Below are positions 13,331-25,536 of a stretch of DNA of 64,000 bases, one piece after another. Where the stretch lies: assembly GCF_009914755.1 (NCBI RefSeq), contig NC_060936.1. One strand, written 5' to 3'. The position numbers were made by a program, and so were the translations under genes. The notes under the pieces are model-generated. The model was given only the letters and a program-made list of their open reading frames with translations. It ran no database searches and was not told where the DNA came from. Source of the DNA: the human T2T-CHM13v2.0 reference genome, Homo sapiens. Position 1 is the stretch's first letter; every line of letters starts with the position of its first letter.

Positions 13331-14514
13331 CAATTTTAGTTTTCATTCAGGATATGAAAGATGAAGTAAAAAGGTAGAGATGAGAGACACTGTTGCCACA
13401 TAAAAGGCTGTGCAGCATTTGTCTAATTAAATCTTTCTACCAGTTGCTCCCATAGAAATGTTGAACATACACTTTTTGTGCAGCCCAGCCATTTTTTGGG
13501 TGCAGCAATGGCTGGACAATTTCATGAATTCATTTGGTAGCAAATGTCCTATCATGTTAATTTGCTGCTTTTTTTTAAAAAAGCTTTAGGTTTACTTTCA
13601 CATCAACTTATTTATTTATGGATTTTAGTATATAAACATTATCAAAAATAATTGCAAGCAATAGAAAAATAGGAATGCCATCTGTTTTCTCTGTCCTAAT
13701 TCTTATATTTTTTAGCAAGTGGAAATTATCAAATTATAATTTAAAAAAAAGTAGAACAAAGTCTTGATTTGAGGATAGTAAGCTCTCCATTATCTTCAAT
13801 TTCATTTTGCAAAACTCTTTGTCTCTAACAAGATAGACACCTGGCTTTTCACTGTGGCTTTCTTCCCTCTGCAGCCCAATCAAGCAGTGGCTTCCCACCT
13901 ATCACTCACTCTTGCATGTTTGCACCATTTGATTATTTGTGGTTAACCCTTCTTGTCAGCCTTACCTGCTTCTTTCTTTTAATTACAATCTGCTGACCTG
14001 CTAATTATTCTCTCCTATTTATTGAAGACATAGTATCTGCCTCACAGCATTCTTTTCCACCTCAACGTTGTTCTTTCTGTCTGCCCTAACCTTTACAACC
14101 ATCCTGGCTGATTTTAACTTAAAGATTCCATGCTCTGTTCTCTCTGTTCCTTAATGGCGTTAAGTTCTTCCACTTCAGGAGTTCTTTCTCTTCAGTAGAC
14201 CTCCAGTCCAGCATATTCTCTCTGTATCAGCCTCCTCTTGGCTTCATTGTGTATGTGTGTGTGTGTATCAGCCTTCATCGTGTATGTGTGTGTGTGTGTC
14301 AACTTAGATTCATCATCGGCAATGATAAATACTGTCTTGCAAATGTTGTTTTTCTCTTGCTAGACTTTCCTTCTGAAACACTGGTCTAGAAATTGTTCAA
14401 CCCTAGATGAGCACCAGGATTCTCTGTTCTGTACCTCATCATCTAAGCATTAATAGAGGAAAAAATAGTATATTGGAATTTAATTTATATTTCAATAAAT
14501 ATTTGAAGATGCTT

Positions 14515-14610
14515 TAGAATGCTCACATATATTTGAGCATCTATTCTCTACCAGGCACTGACACAGGTGCCAGGGGTACACATGGTAAGCAATAAAAACA
14601 AATCTGCATC
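14515..14610 (-). mobile_element. L2 3' fragment
   Basis: atatttgagcatctattctctaccaggcactgacacaggtgccaggggtacacatggtaag resembles the antisense 3' end of L2. Confidence 0.6.
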
Positions 14611-14714
14611 TCAAAATATAAATTCATTGAATTGTACAGCCTATATGTATGTGCTTATTATATATAATAATGTTAATTTATATATTTATAAACTTATACA
14701 TATATATGTATAGA

Positions 14715-14892
14715 TATAATTCCAATAAAATGACCAGCAGTTATTTTAGAAACCAGACAAGTTAATTTTATAATTCCTTGGAAAAGTTAAAAAAAGAAAC
14801 AGAACAAAAACATGGTTACAGAAAGAGAGAGAGATGAGCAACAAAAGAGTGGAGGCACTAATCCTACCAGATATTAAAATATTCTATAAATT
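14715..14892 (+). mobile_element. Old L1 ORF2 fragment
   Basis: aattccaataaaatgaccagcag...gacaagttaattttataattcc...gtggaggcactaatcctaccagatattaaaatattctataaa. Confidence 0.6.
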
Positions 14893-15933
14893 CAAGTTCG
14901 TCTTGGTTATGCCAAGTCCGTTCCCAAGGCCCTCAAGTTCCTGAACTGTTTAATACTTTATGAGGCATTTTCTTTAAATGTAGAACACAATGAGTTTGTG
15001 GACTATTATTCTTTAGGATATGTGCATGTGTATGTGTGTGTATGTACGTGTAAAATGCTAAAAGAAGTGGAGAAAAATCCTAATGATTTTTTTTCTAAAT
15101 TTTGAAATCACAAATTTTTTTTCTGTACTTTCTCAACTTTCTGTAGCAATCAAGTATCACGTTTCTCATTAAAAATAAACATTTTAAAGTATACAAAGCA
15201 AAAATCTATGGGAAACTAAAAGGTAAAAAGAAACTAAAAGTTTTGGATATACTCTTAGACGTAAGTAGAACCTTGCAAACCTGACCGTTTTTATCCTTTG
15301 GATGAATATAGCAACAATAACAAACAACTTACATGATGCAGGACATTAGCGGTGACATAAATATGCAAATTGAAAAATAGATTAGTGCAAGATTGAATAT
15401 AACAGTCGTTATTTATAAATAGTTAACCATCCTGTGATCATCAGAGACTGAAAAATATTCATATGTATATATCAAAAGTAGCAACTCTGTAGTTCACATA
15501 ATTAGAAAGCCTATATCCAAATAATGTGAAACAATGGGTAAAACTGTTAACATATTTTTGTAAGTTATTTGCATATTTATTTAGGGTTATCATTCTTTAT
15601 GTCCAATTTTAATTGCTGAAAATTACCTCTATTTCATATAAACTTTAATTTTGGCTTTGTAAAACTAAATAAAAATTTATAATTTTCTTAGAAATCCTAA
15701 GAAAGAGCATACATCCACATAATGCAAACTGGCTAATACATTTTGTCCTTTTTAGGCTCCTAAATTGTAATTGTAGTTTTTACAATTAACAACACATTGT
15801 TGTGAACTTTTTAAGGAAATTTAATATTTCTGTCATTTTACGGGCTGGAAGAATCAAGATCATTATATAACAAAATCATAACCCAGCATAACTTGAATCA
15901 CTGGGACATCAAATATGATTTTACAAATATTAC

Positions 15934-16017
15934 TGTTACTAAAACACCAGAGGTTCAGTCTAGGTCCTGCTACTTGCACTCGGAAAGCTAATCACTGAAA
16001 CAATGAATATTGCCAGA
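15934..16017 (-). mobile_element. ERV1 (MER4-group) LTR terminal fragment
   Basis: Begins tgttactaaaacaccagaggttcagtctaggtcctgct...aatcactgaaacaatgaatattgccag and stops abruptly at the MLT2A start. Confidence 0.6.
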
Positions 16018-16480
16018 TGTCCTGGTTAATACTGAGTGTCAACTTCATTGGATTGAAGGATACAAAGTATTGATCCTGGGTGTGTCTGTGACGGTGTTAC
16101 CAAAGGAGATTAACATTTGGGTCAGTGGGCTGGGAAACGCAGACCCACCCTTAATCTAGGTGGGCATAATCTAATCAGCTGCCATCATGGCTAGAATATA
16201 AGCAGGAAGAACACTATGAAAAGGAGAGACTGGCCTAGCCTCCCAGCCTACATCTGTCTCCTATGCTGGATACTTCCCTCCCTTGAATATCGGACTCCAA
16301 GTTCTTCAGTTTTGGAACTTGGACTGGCTCTCTTTGCTCCTCAGCCTGCAGATGGCCTATTGTGGGATCTTGTGATCAGGGGAGTTAATACTTAATAAAC
16401 TCCCCTTTATATATATATATATATATATTTTTTTTTTTTTTCCATTAGTTCTTTCCCTATAGAGAACCCAGACTAATACA
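16018..16480 (+). mobile_element. MLT2A (HERVL) 5' LTR
   Basis: TG start (tgtcctggttaatactgagtgtcaactt) and CA end (agagaacccagactaataca); internal aataaa followed by a (TA)n tract, as in MLT2A. Confidence 0.93.
16167..16177 (+). promoter_or_regulatory. Perfect DUX4 motif TAATCTAATCA within MLT2A
   Basis: Exact 11-mer in the sequence; matches the established DUX4 consensus TAAYBBAATCA. Binding is not demonstrated. Confidence 0.6.
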
Positions 16481-18136
16481 GACTTTGGTACCAGAAGTGG
16501 GGTGCTTCTAGAGAAACCAAATATTAAGGATGGAGTTCTTTCATTGGTTTATCGGTTTGGAGGTTTCTGGAGTTGCATGCTTAATATGTTTGGACTCTAA
16601 AATGCTAAGGACTCTACTTCTAATAGTATGGACAACACTGACAGTCCTTGGCATGAATTATTTAGAGAGTTATGCAAAATAAATGCATTTGACACTCCTG
16701 ATTCATTGCTTGTGAGAGGAAAGGGGTTCGGTGAACCTATGCATAATACCTTTGACCATATGTGGAGAACCAAGGAACATAATGAAGCTGGTGGGTTGCT
16801 CCTAAGTTCAGTGGACAAAGTGATGAAAGAAAATGATGAACTCAGGGATTCTATCTCCTGCCTTCAGAAGAAATACTAAGCCTCAAATCTGCTAAGATTG
16901 CCCTGAGTAAGAGTCTTATCTCCTGTAGAGAAAGAGCTGAAATTGTGGAAAAACAGACATAAGCACTTATCCTGTGAGTGGCTGACCTGGAATGAAAAGT
17001 GCATGGACAGCCTCACCACATGTTTATTGTTAAAGTGAGGGCATTGTTTAGAAAAGAATGGGACCCTGTAACTTGGTATGGGAATGTGTGGGAGGACCCT
17101 GATAAAGATGGGGACACTGAGTTTATAAACTCTGATGAATCTTTTTTGCCAGAAGAAATAGTATCCCCATCCTCAGTGGTGGCAGTTGCCAGGCAAGATA
17201 ATGTCAATTCTCCTCAGGACCCACCCCCAACACCCGTTTGCTTCTAGACCTATAACTAGACTAAAGTCCTGGCAGACCCCTAGAAGTGAGGTTGAGAGTG
17301 TGACCCGTGAGGAGGTGTGCTACACTCAAAAAGAAAGGCTTGAGTTTTCTAACTTATATAAACAGAAATCTGGAAAGCAGGCATGGGAGTGGATATTAAG
17401 GGTGTGGGATAATGGTGGAAGGAACATGGAGTTGGATCAGGCAGACTTTATTGATTTGGGCCCACTAAGTAGGGACTCTGCATTTAATGTTGCAGCTTCG
17501 GCATTTAAAAAAGGTTCTAATAGTTTATTTGCTTAGTTAGCTGAAATATGAATTAAAAGATGGCCCATTGTGAGTGAACTGGAAATACTTGATCTCTCTT
17601 GGTTTACTGTAGAGGAAGGGATCTAAAGGCTTAGAGAGATTTGGATGGAGGAGTGGATTAGTCACTTTAGACCTACTCATCTCAGTTGGGAGGGTCCAGA
17701 AGATATACCCTTGACCAATGCCTTGTGAAATAGTTTTGTGAAGGCAGCAACTGCATCTTTGAAGAGACCTGTAATTGTTCTTCTCTGTATGTCAGCTCCA
17801 GCAGTGGAAACCACAGACACTCAACTACAAAATTTAAATAAAATGGAAATAATTGGATCCCAAGGTGGCAGGGGACAAGTGGCAGCACTTAACCATCAAA
17901 GGCAAGGTGGGCATAGCTACAGTAATGGACAGCAGAGGCAAAGTGGCAATCAGAATAGTCTGACTCATGTAGAGCTCTGGCATTGGCTAATTAATCACTG
18001 TGTTCCTAGAAGTGAAAGTGATAGGAAGCCTACTGCATTCCTACTTATTTTATACAAGCAGAACACTTCTAGGTTGAATGGATAAAAGACTAATTTGAAT
18101 TAGAAAACCAAAGAATAACAACTCCTCAATCAATTC
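16481..18136 (+). pseudogene. HERVL internal region: PBS/leader and disrupted gag, 3'-truncated
   Basis: ttggtaccagaagtgg follows the LTR. ORF fragments DSPWHELFRELCKINAFD (16628), KVRALFRKEWDPVTW (16999), AWEWILRVWDNGGRNMELDQADFIDLGPLSRDSAFN (17186) and GQVAALNHQRQGG...LWHWLINH (17738) are ERV-L gag. Many stops and frameshifts. Confidence 0.92.
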
Positions 18137-18230
18137 ACAACCACTAAAGAGAGTTATTAGTTTATTATATAGGTTAGAAAACAAGTTTAACAGGTAAAGT
18201 ATCACACAACAAGTATTGATAACTTCAGAA
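18137..18230 (-). mobile_element. Diverged MIR-like fragment abutting the HERVL break
   Basis: acaaccactaaagagagttattagttttattatataggttagaaaacaagtttaacaggtaaagtatcacacaac loosely resembles the MIR core. Confidence 0.4.
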
Positions 18231-19867
18231 ATTACATCTTGAGATAAAATACAGTAAGTCTATTTAGCCACTTTCTTTTGGGGCTCTTTCAAGTTCAGTA
18301 AGTTTTTTTTTTTTTTTTAAATAATTCACTCACTCTATGTAATTATCCACTATTCCCATCTACCCAATTTACATCTTTCTGTGAATGACATACTTTCTTG
18401 TTACCAAGAACAACAAACCAAATCTCATTTTGGAGACTACTTTGTGGTGCTATAGGACATTTTTCAAAGCAAATATCCACTAAAAATTGTGTTAACTTAT
18501 GTTGTAATTAATTACATGTTTGTTTTGGCCAGGTCTTGTAAAACTACTAGCTCCATTTTAGAAATTCCTTGGAACGCATTCCATTTGGATCACATGTCCA
18601 TCTCTGGACAAATTATGTAGGTCAAGGTGATGAGGGACTATGAACTTCCCACAAGGATCACATATTTGTATAAACATAGAGTGGGGGAGATTTCCCAGAG
18701 GCAAAAAATGTAATTGGGATATGGCTAATTAGAGTTTTTTGAGTTGAGAAGTCAAGACAATGTGTCTACTTCAGAAAACATCATGCAAGAGGTTACATTT
18801 GAGTGGACTTTAAAGATGAATAGGAGTTCCCCAGAAGACAAAGAAGAGAGGAGTAGGAGTACATTCACTGGAAAAGGTGTAGGCAGAATGTGTAGGCAGC
18901 ATTAACCGAATCTTAAAATTTTGAATTATAGTGCTCAGTACATGTGTTTTCTTTGAAAGTAAATGTTATACAACTCTTCAGTACTTTCTGATGTTTTAAT
19001 TTTTTGCCTCAAATCATATAAATAAAAAAATCCCTTTTGCAATAAGAGAATCAAACATCTCTTAGATTTCCCTATGCGTAGAAGGCAATATGTACAATTC
19101 CACCTTTATGTTAAAAGGTTACTAGCTTATTTGACAAATATGAATGGACAAAGGGTGTGCTGTGAAACAGAAAAATATTGGAGTAAAATTACTATGAACA
19201 CCAATGGTATTTCAAGGACTTGAATATTTACTTAAAATTAAAATGCATGTACTAAGGTAGAAATTTCCTGGTCCATTTAGGTGCTGTAAGTAAATCATTT
19301 CTGCCAATATGTGCAATGACTACAGATAGTGTACTTTGATTATGTTTCTCCTTTTCATTTCATTTACCTCTGCTTTTATTTTTATTGTTTTCCTTCTGGT
19401 TAAGTCAAATATTCTCTTGTTTTTAATTTATTTTTATTTTTATATATAATTTTTTAAATGTAGGCTGAGATCATTGATTTGAGATATTTTTCTTTTACAG
19501 TTTTAATAATATTTAAAATAAAATTTATTATGAATTAATAATATAACTTAATATATATAGGATGGGTATGTCTAGAATTGTATTTCCTTTACATTTACTT
19601 TTGAAAATCCCTTCACTGAACAAAGACTTCTGGGCTACCAGTTATTTCCCCCACTCCAGCACTTTAAAGGTGTTTATCCATTGTCTTCTGGTTGACATAT
19701 TTTCTGATTAAGTCTACTCTCATTCTGAACTTTGTTCCTGTTTTGGACATAAAGCACACCATGTCTGTTTCCTCTAGATGCTTTTAAGACTTTCTTTTTG
19801 TCAGTGGTTTTCATATTTCTGATTATAATGTGTCCTGACATGGTCTTTCTTATTTTTTTCAGCTTGA

Positions 19868-20196
<329 letters not shown>

Positions 20197-20789
20197 CAGT
20201 ATATAATTTTAATCAAATCTGGAAAAATTTAACACTGTTTTTTGTATATTCTTCCAAAGATTTTTTTTTTTTAATTTCTCCCTCTTTGTAGGGATTCCAG
20301 TTTTATACACACAGACACACGTATTATATATGATGATTTTATGTTCTCTTGCAAGTCACTGAAGATTTATTTGTTTGCTTTTCAGGTATTTTTCTGTTTC
20401 ATTATGGACAGTTCTTCACTGCTATATTTTAGAGTCTAAAGCTCTTTCTTCTGCAATGTTTCATTTGTAACTAATATCCAGTATACTTTTCATTAATATG
20501 TTGTATTTTTTATTTTTAAATATTATATTTAGGTTAGGTTTAATCTTTCATTTCTCTTCCATTTATACATTTTTCTCTATTCTCTTGAACATATAGAACG
20601 TATTTATTATACAGTAGCTCTTTTAAGTGCCTTATCCATTAATTCCTTTATCTTTTTCCTGTTAGTTGATATTTCTTGTGGTTATGGATTACATTTACCT
20701 GATTCTCTACTTGTCTCTTAATTTATAAGATGGAAGATTTTTTCAATTTAATATAATTTGTTGCAAAATTATTTGTATTTCTTCATATA

Positions 20790-22791
20790 TACTCATACCT
20801 TGTTTATTGCATTTTGCTTTATTGTGTTTTGTAGATATTACGTTTTCTTTCAGGCTGAGGGTTTGTAGCATCCCTGCATTCAGCAAGTCTATTAGCACCT
20901 TTTTTCCGACAGCATATGCTTCATTTTTCCGTAGCACATATTGGTGATCATTATTATTATATCTGCTATGGTGATCTGTGATGTTACTACTATACTTGCT
21001 TTTGGGTGTTATGAACCATGTTATGCCCATACATGATGAACTTATTCTATAAATGTGTATGTTTTGACTATTCCACTAACTATTCACCTCTCTCCTTCTT
21101 GAGCTTCCTTATTCCCTGAAATACAACAATATTAAAGTTAGGCTAATTAATAATCCTATAATAGCCTCCAAGTGTTCAAGTGAAAGGAAGAGTCACATAT
21201 TTCTTATTTTAAATCAAAAGCTAGAAATAATTAAGCTTAATGAGGAAGAAATGTCCAAACCTGAGGCAGGCCAAAAGTTAGGCCTCTTGGGCCAGTTAAC
21301 CAAGTTCTGAATGCAAATTGAAAACTCTTGAAGTACATTAAAAGTGCTACTCTAGTGAACATAAGAATTACTAGAAAGCAAAACAGCCTTATTGCTGCTA
21401 TGCAGACTTTCTCCACAGAAAGAAAGTGACATCTTCTTCAAATAGCCTTTGATTGGAAGACGTCATCTAGGACTTTCATAGCTCAAGAGGAAAAATCAAT
21501 GCCTGACTTCAAAGTTTCAAAGCACAAGTAGACTCTTTTGTTAGGTGCTAATGCAGCTGATGACTTTAAGTTAAAGTCAGTCCTCATTTACCATTGCAAA
21601 ACTCTAGGGCCCTTAAGAATTATGCTAAATCAATTCCACCTGTGCTGTATAAATGGAAGAACAAAACCTGGATGACAGTACATCTGTTTACAGAATGGTG
21701 TGCTGAATATTTTAAGCCCACTATTGAGATTTACTGGTCAGAAAAAAAATATTTCTTTCAAATATTATTGCTCATTGACAATGCACCTAATCACTCAAGA
21801 GCTCTGATGGAGATGTACAAGGAGGTTAATGTTGTTTTTATGCCTGCTAATAAAACATGCATTCTGCACCTTATGGGTCAAGAAGCAATTTTGAATTTAA
21901 GGTGTTATAATTTAAGAAATACATTTTGTGGGGCCACAGCTGCATAAATAGTGATGCTTCTGATGGATCACAACAAAGTAAATGGAAAGTCTTCTGGAAA
22001 GGATTCACCATTTTATATGTCATTAATAATGTTTGTGATTCATGGGAGGAGGTAAAAATATCAACATTAACAGGCGTTTGGAATAAGTTGATTCCAATCC
22101 TCAAGAATGACTTTGAGGAGTTCAAGGCTTCAGTGGATGAAGGAATTGCAGATGAAGTAAAAAGATCAAGAGAACTAGAATTAGAAGTGAAACCTGAAGA
22201 TGTGAATGAATTTTTTCAATTTCATGATCAAACTTGAATGGATAAGGAGTTGCTTCTTATGCATAAGTGCAGAAAAAATGGTTTCTTGAGTTTAAAACCA
22301 CTCCTCATGAAGATTCTTTGAACATTGTTAAAATGACAATGAATTTAGAATATTACATATACTTAGTTGATAAAGAAGTTCTACTGTGGGTAAAATGTTA
22401 TTAAGCAGCATAGCATGCTAAAAACAATTATTTTTGAAAGCAAGAGTCAATCAATGCTATAAACTTCATGGTTGTCTTATTTTAACAAATTGCTACAGTC
22501 ATCCCAACCTGAATCAACCAGCACCCTGATCAGTCAACAACCATCAAACATTAAGGCAAGACCCTTCACTGGCAAAAACATTAAGTCTCAGATGCTCATT
22601 AGCATTTTGTAGCAAGAAAGCTTTTCTTAATTAAGTTATGTACATTTTTAAGATATAATGCTATAGCACTCAATAAACTTCAGTATAGTCTAAATATAAC
22701 TTTTATATGCACCGGGAAACCAAAAAATTCATGTGGCTCACTTTATTGCAGTAGTCTATAACCAAATCTACAAAGCTTGAAGGTATGCCTC
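20790..22791 (+). mobile_element. Tigger1 DNA transposon, internally deleted, both termini present
   Basis: Left ta|tactcataccttgtttattgc and right aggtatgcctc|ta match the caggcatacct TIR with TA flanks. About 2.0 kb versus about 2.4 kb full length. Confidence 0.95.
21245..22330 (+). pseudogene. Tigger1 pogo-family DDE transposase remnant
   Basis: ORFs [42 protein letters not shown] and DSWEEVKISTLTGVWNKLIP; frameshifted and interrupted by stops. Confidence 0.9.
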
Positions 22792-23714
22792 TAGCTTTAC
22801 ATTTTGATGGGGCACATAGTTAAATTACTTGGAATCAGTTGAGTCTTTTTAAGGCTTGGTTTAAAGTTTCTTAGGTTGGGCCCAGAGCATAATTTAGTCT
22901 AGGGCTAATTTAGCCACGTTGTTAAGGCTGTTCTGAGAATTGTGCCTGATTCTCTGTGTATTATGAAAATTTTCCACTGGTGGTGGACACACAAACTCCT
23001 CCCAGCTCTCTATGAGCTCTGGAAATAGATTACTCCTTTCCCGTGGTTATTTCTCTGGCCCTTATATCTTTTTCTCAAATGTGTATAAATGAATATGCAG
23101 CCAATGACGTGGGATTCCTCTGCCTATATCTGTACCTCTCTCTCTCTCTCTCTCAAGCTCTCTCCTGTTAGACACATAGGACTCTCTGAATTATGATTCC
23201 TCTCTCTCTTCAGCAAGAATGTCTGGGTCAGTTGGTCCTGTGCCTGTTCTGTGTCCTCGAAATTGCAGATAATAAAGAAGCTGGTACAATTTTATGGATC
23301 TCATTTCTTTCTGTGAGGGATCAGAGTCCTGAGCCCCCTGTGGTCAAATGTATGTAAACCATTGTATTATTTAATACATTTTTCAAATTGTTAATTTTTT
23401 TCAAATTTTAAAAATTGTTCAGTGGGACAATGTTGCTCAATTATGTCTGGAAACAAAAGTTTTCTATTTGGGATATTTTATAATTTTCATTTTCAAGTGA
23501 GTAATATTTTTCTGAAGCTTAATGTATATTAAGCTTAATGTGTATTATAATGCAATTACATATGATTTTTATCTGGAGCCTATGTGTTTTGTTTTATTAA
23601 AGAGGAAAACATATTTTTGGAAGAATTTAGAGGAATACTATTTTAATAATTTTTTTAAATGTTTGTACATATTTTAGTCTTTTGAGTAGTTCTCACACCA
23701 GTAAGAATAACCTA

Positions 23715-24127
23715 TTTTTATGGACTGAAAGTTTTGCCCTTTCCACACACACCCCAAATTTATATGTTGAAGCTCTAACCCGCAATGTGATGATAATCGC
23801 AGATGGGGATTTGGAAAGTAATTAGGGTTAGACGAGGTCATGAGGCTGGGGCCTTCGTGATGAAATTAGTGTCTTTAAAAGAAGAGCTACAGGGAGCTTG
23901 CTCTCTCTCTCTCTCCGCCCACACAAATACAAAGAAGAGGTCATGTGAGGACAAAACAGGAAGGCAGCCTCCTACAAACCAAGAGAAAAACCCTCAGAAT
24001 GAAGCCCACCTTGTTGGCACCATAATCTTGAACTTCTTCGTTTCCAGAAATGTGAGAAATATATTTCTGTTGGTTAAGCTATCTAGCCTGTGGTATTTTA
24101 TTACAGCAGCCCACAATGACTAAGACC
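23715..24127 (+). mobile_element. MLT1A-type MaLR solo LTR
   Basis: tatggactgaa...caaatttatatgttgaagctctaacccgcaatgtgatg...ccagaaatgtgagaaata...tggtattttattacagcagcc...gactaagac. Confidence 0.88.
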
Positions 24128-24291
24128 ACTGTAATACCAACATTTCTGTAAAAAAAGATTAAAATTCATTTTTTTCTCTCATGAACATGTACATTTTAAA
24201 GATAAAATGCTATATCATGGGCATGTTAGAAATGAGATGAGCACACAAATTACTCCTGCCAAATGTGTGTGAGAGTGTGTCTTTAGATGAG

Positions 24292-24293
<2 letters not shown>

Positions 24294-24333
<40 letters not shown>
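24294..24333. repeat. (GT)20 microsatellite
   Basis: Direct reading. Confidence 0.97.
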
Positions 24334-24335
<2 letters not shown>

Positions 24336-24429
24336 AGATGAGAATTTATCTTTTCCTAAACAAAGAGAAGCTGATTTCTGGGTTTGCCATTTTTTAGCAG
24401 AAAATATTGATGAAGTGAGTTGAACAGTT

Positions 24430-24810
24430 TGGCTATCTGGATCATACCTTGGCATTTCACACACCAACTGCAGGATCATATACAAGTTACTTTTAGTCTC
24501 TTATCTGTTAAATTGATATAATAATAGTTTTTATCATACAAGATTGTTTTGAATATTTAAATGAAAACAGTCATCTAAAATACTTATAACAATGACACAT
24601 GCTAATTTATCAGAAATTTTAGCAACTATTTTTATCACTAGCAACAATGCTACCTTGAGCAAGTGTCACTTAACCTCTCCAAATTTATTTTTTATCTCTA
24701 AAATAAAAATAAGGATTCTCACATTGAAAAATTAATATAGAAAACAGATAATGTGTGTGAACTACTGAACACAATTTGATTTTGAGTATGTTAATAAATG
24801 TTATTTAATT
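24430..24810 (+). mobile_element. Two MIR fragments
   Basis: MIR cores caagttacttttagtctcttatctgttaaattg and accttgagcaagtgtcacttaacctctcc...tatctctaaaat. Confidence 0.6.
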
Positions 24811-24835
24811 TTTATTAAATATTGATAACTAGTTC

Positions 24836-25527
24836 TGTGTCCGGAATTGGTTCCTTCCGGTGGGTTCTTGGTCTCACTGACTTCAAGAATGAAGCCACGA
24901 ACCCTTGTGGTGAGTGTTACAGTTCTTAAAGATGGTGTGTCTGGAGTTTGTTCCTTCAGATGTTCAGATGTGTCCAGAGTTTCTTCCTTCAGGTGGGTTC
25001 ATGGTCTCGCTTGTCTTCAGGAGTAAAGCCGCAGACCTTCGCAGTGACTGTTACAGCTCTTAAAGGTGGTGCATCCAGAGTTGTTTGTTCCTCCGGGTGG
25101 GTTCATGATCTCACTGACTTCAGGAGTGAAGCCACAGCCCTTCACAGTGAGTGTTAACAGCTCATAAAGGTGGTGTGGACCCAAAGAGTGAGCAGCAGCA
25201 AGATTTATGGTGAAGAACGAAAGAACAAAGCTTCCACAGCATGGAAGGGGACCCGAGCAGATTGCCACTGCTGGCTCTGTTGGCCAGCTTTTATTCCTTT
25301 ATTTGGCTCCACCCACGTCCTGCTGATTGGTCCATTTTACAGAGTGCTGATTGGTGCATTTTTACAGAGTGCTGATTAGTGCATTTACAAACTTTTAGCT
25401 AGACACAGAGTGCTGATTCGTGCATTTTTACAGAGTGCTGATTGGTGTGTTTACCAACCTTTAGCTAGACAGAAAAGTTCTCCAAGCCCCCACTCGACCC
25501 AGGAAGTCCAGCTGGCTTCACCTCTCA
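24836..25527 (-). mobile_element. LTR12-family 3' LTR
   Basis: The minus strand starts TGAGAGGTGAAGCCAGCTGGACTTCC and ends TTCCGGACACA; CCAAT-repeat U3 and ~100-bp U5 repeats; preceded by the PPT AGAGGAGGGA. Confidence 0.95.
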
Positions 25528-25536
25528 ATCCCTCCT

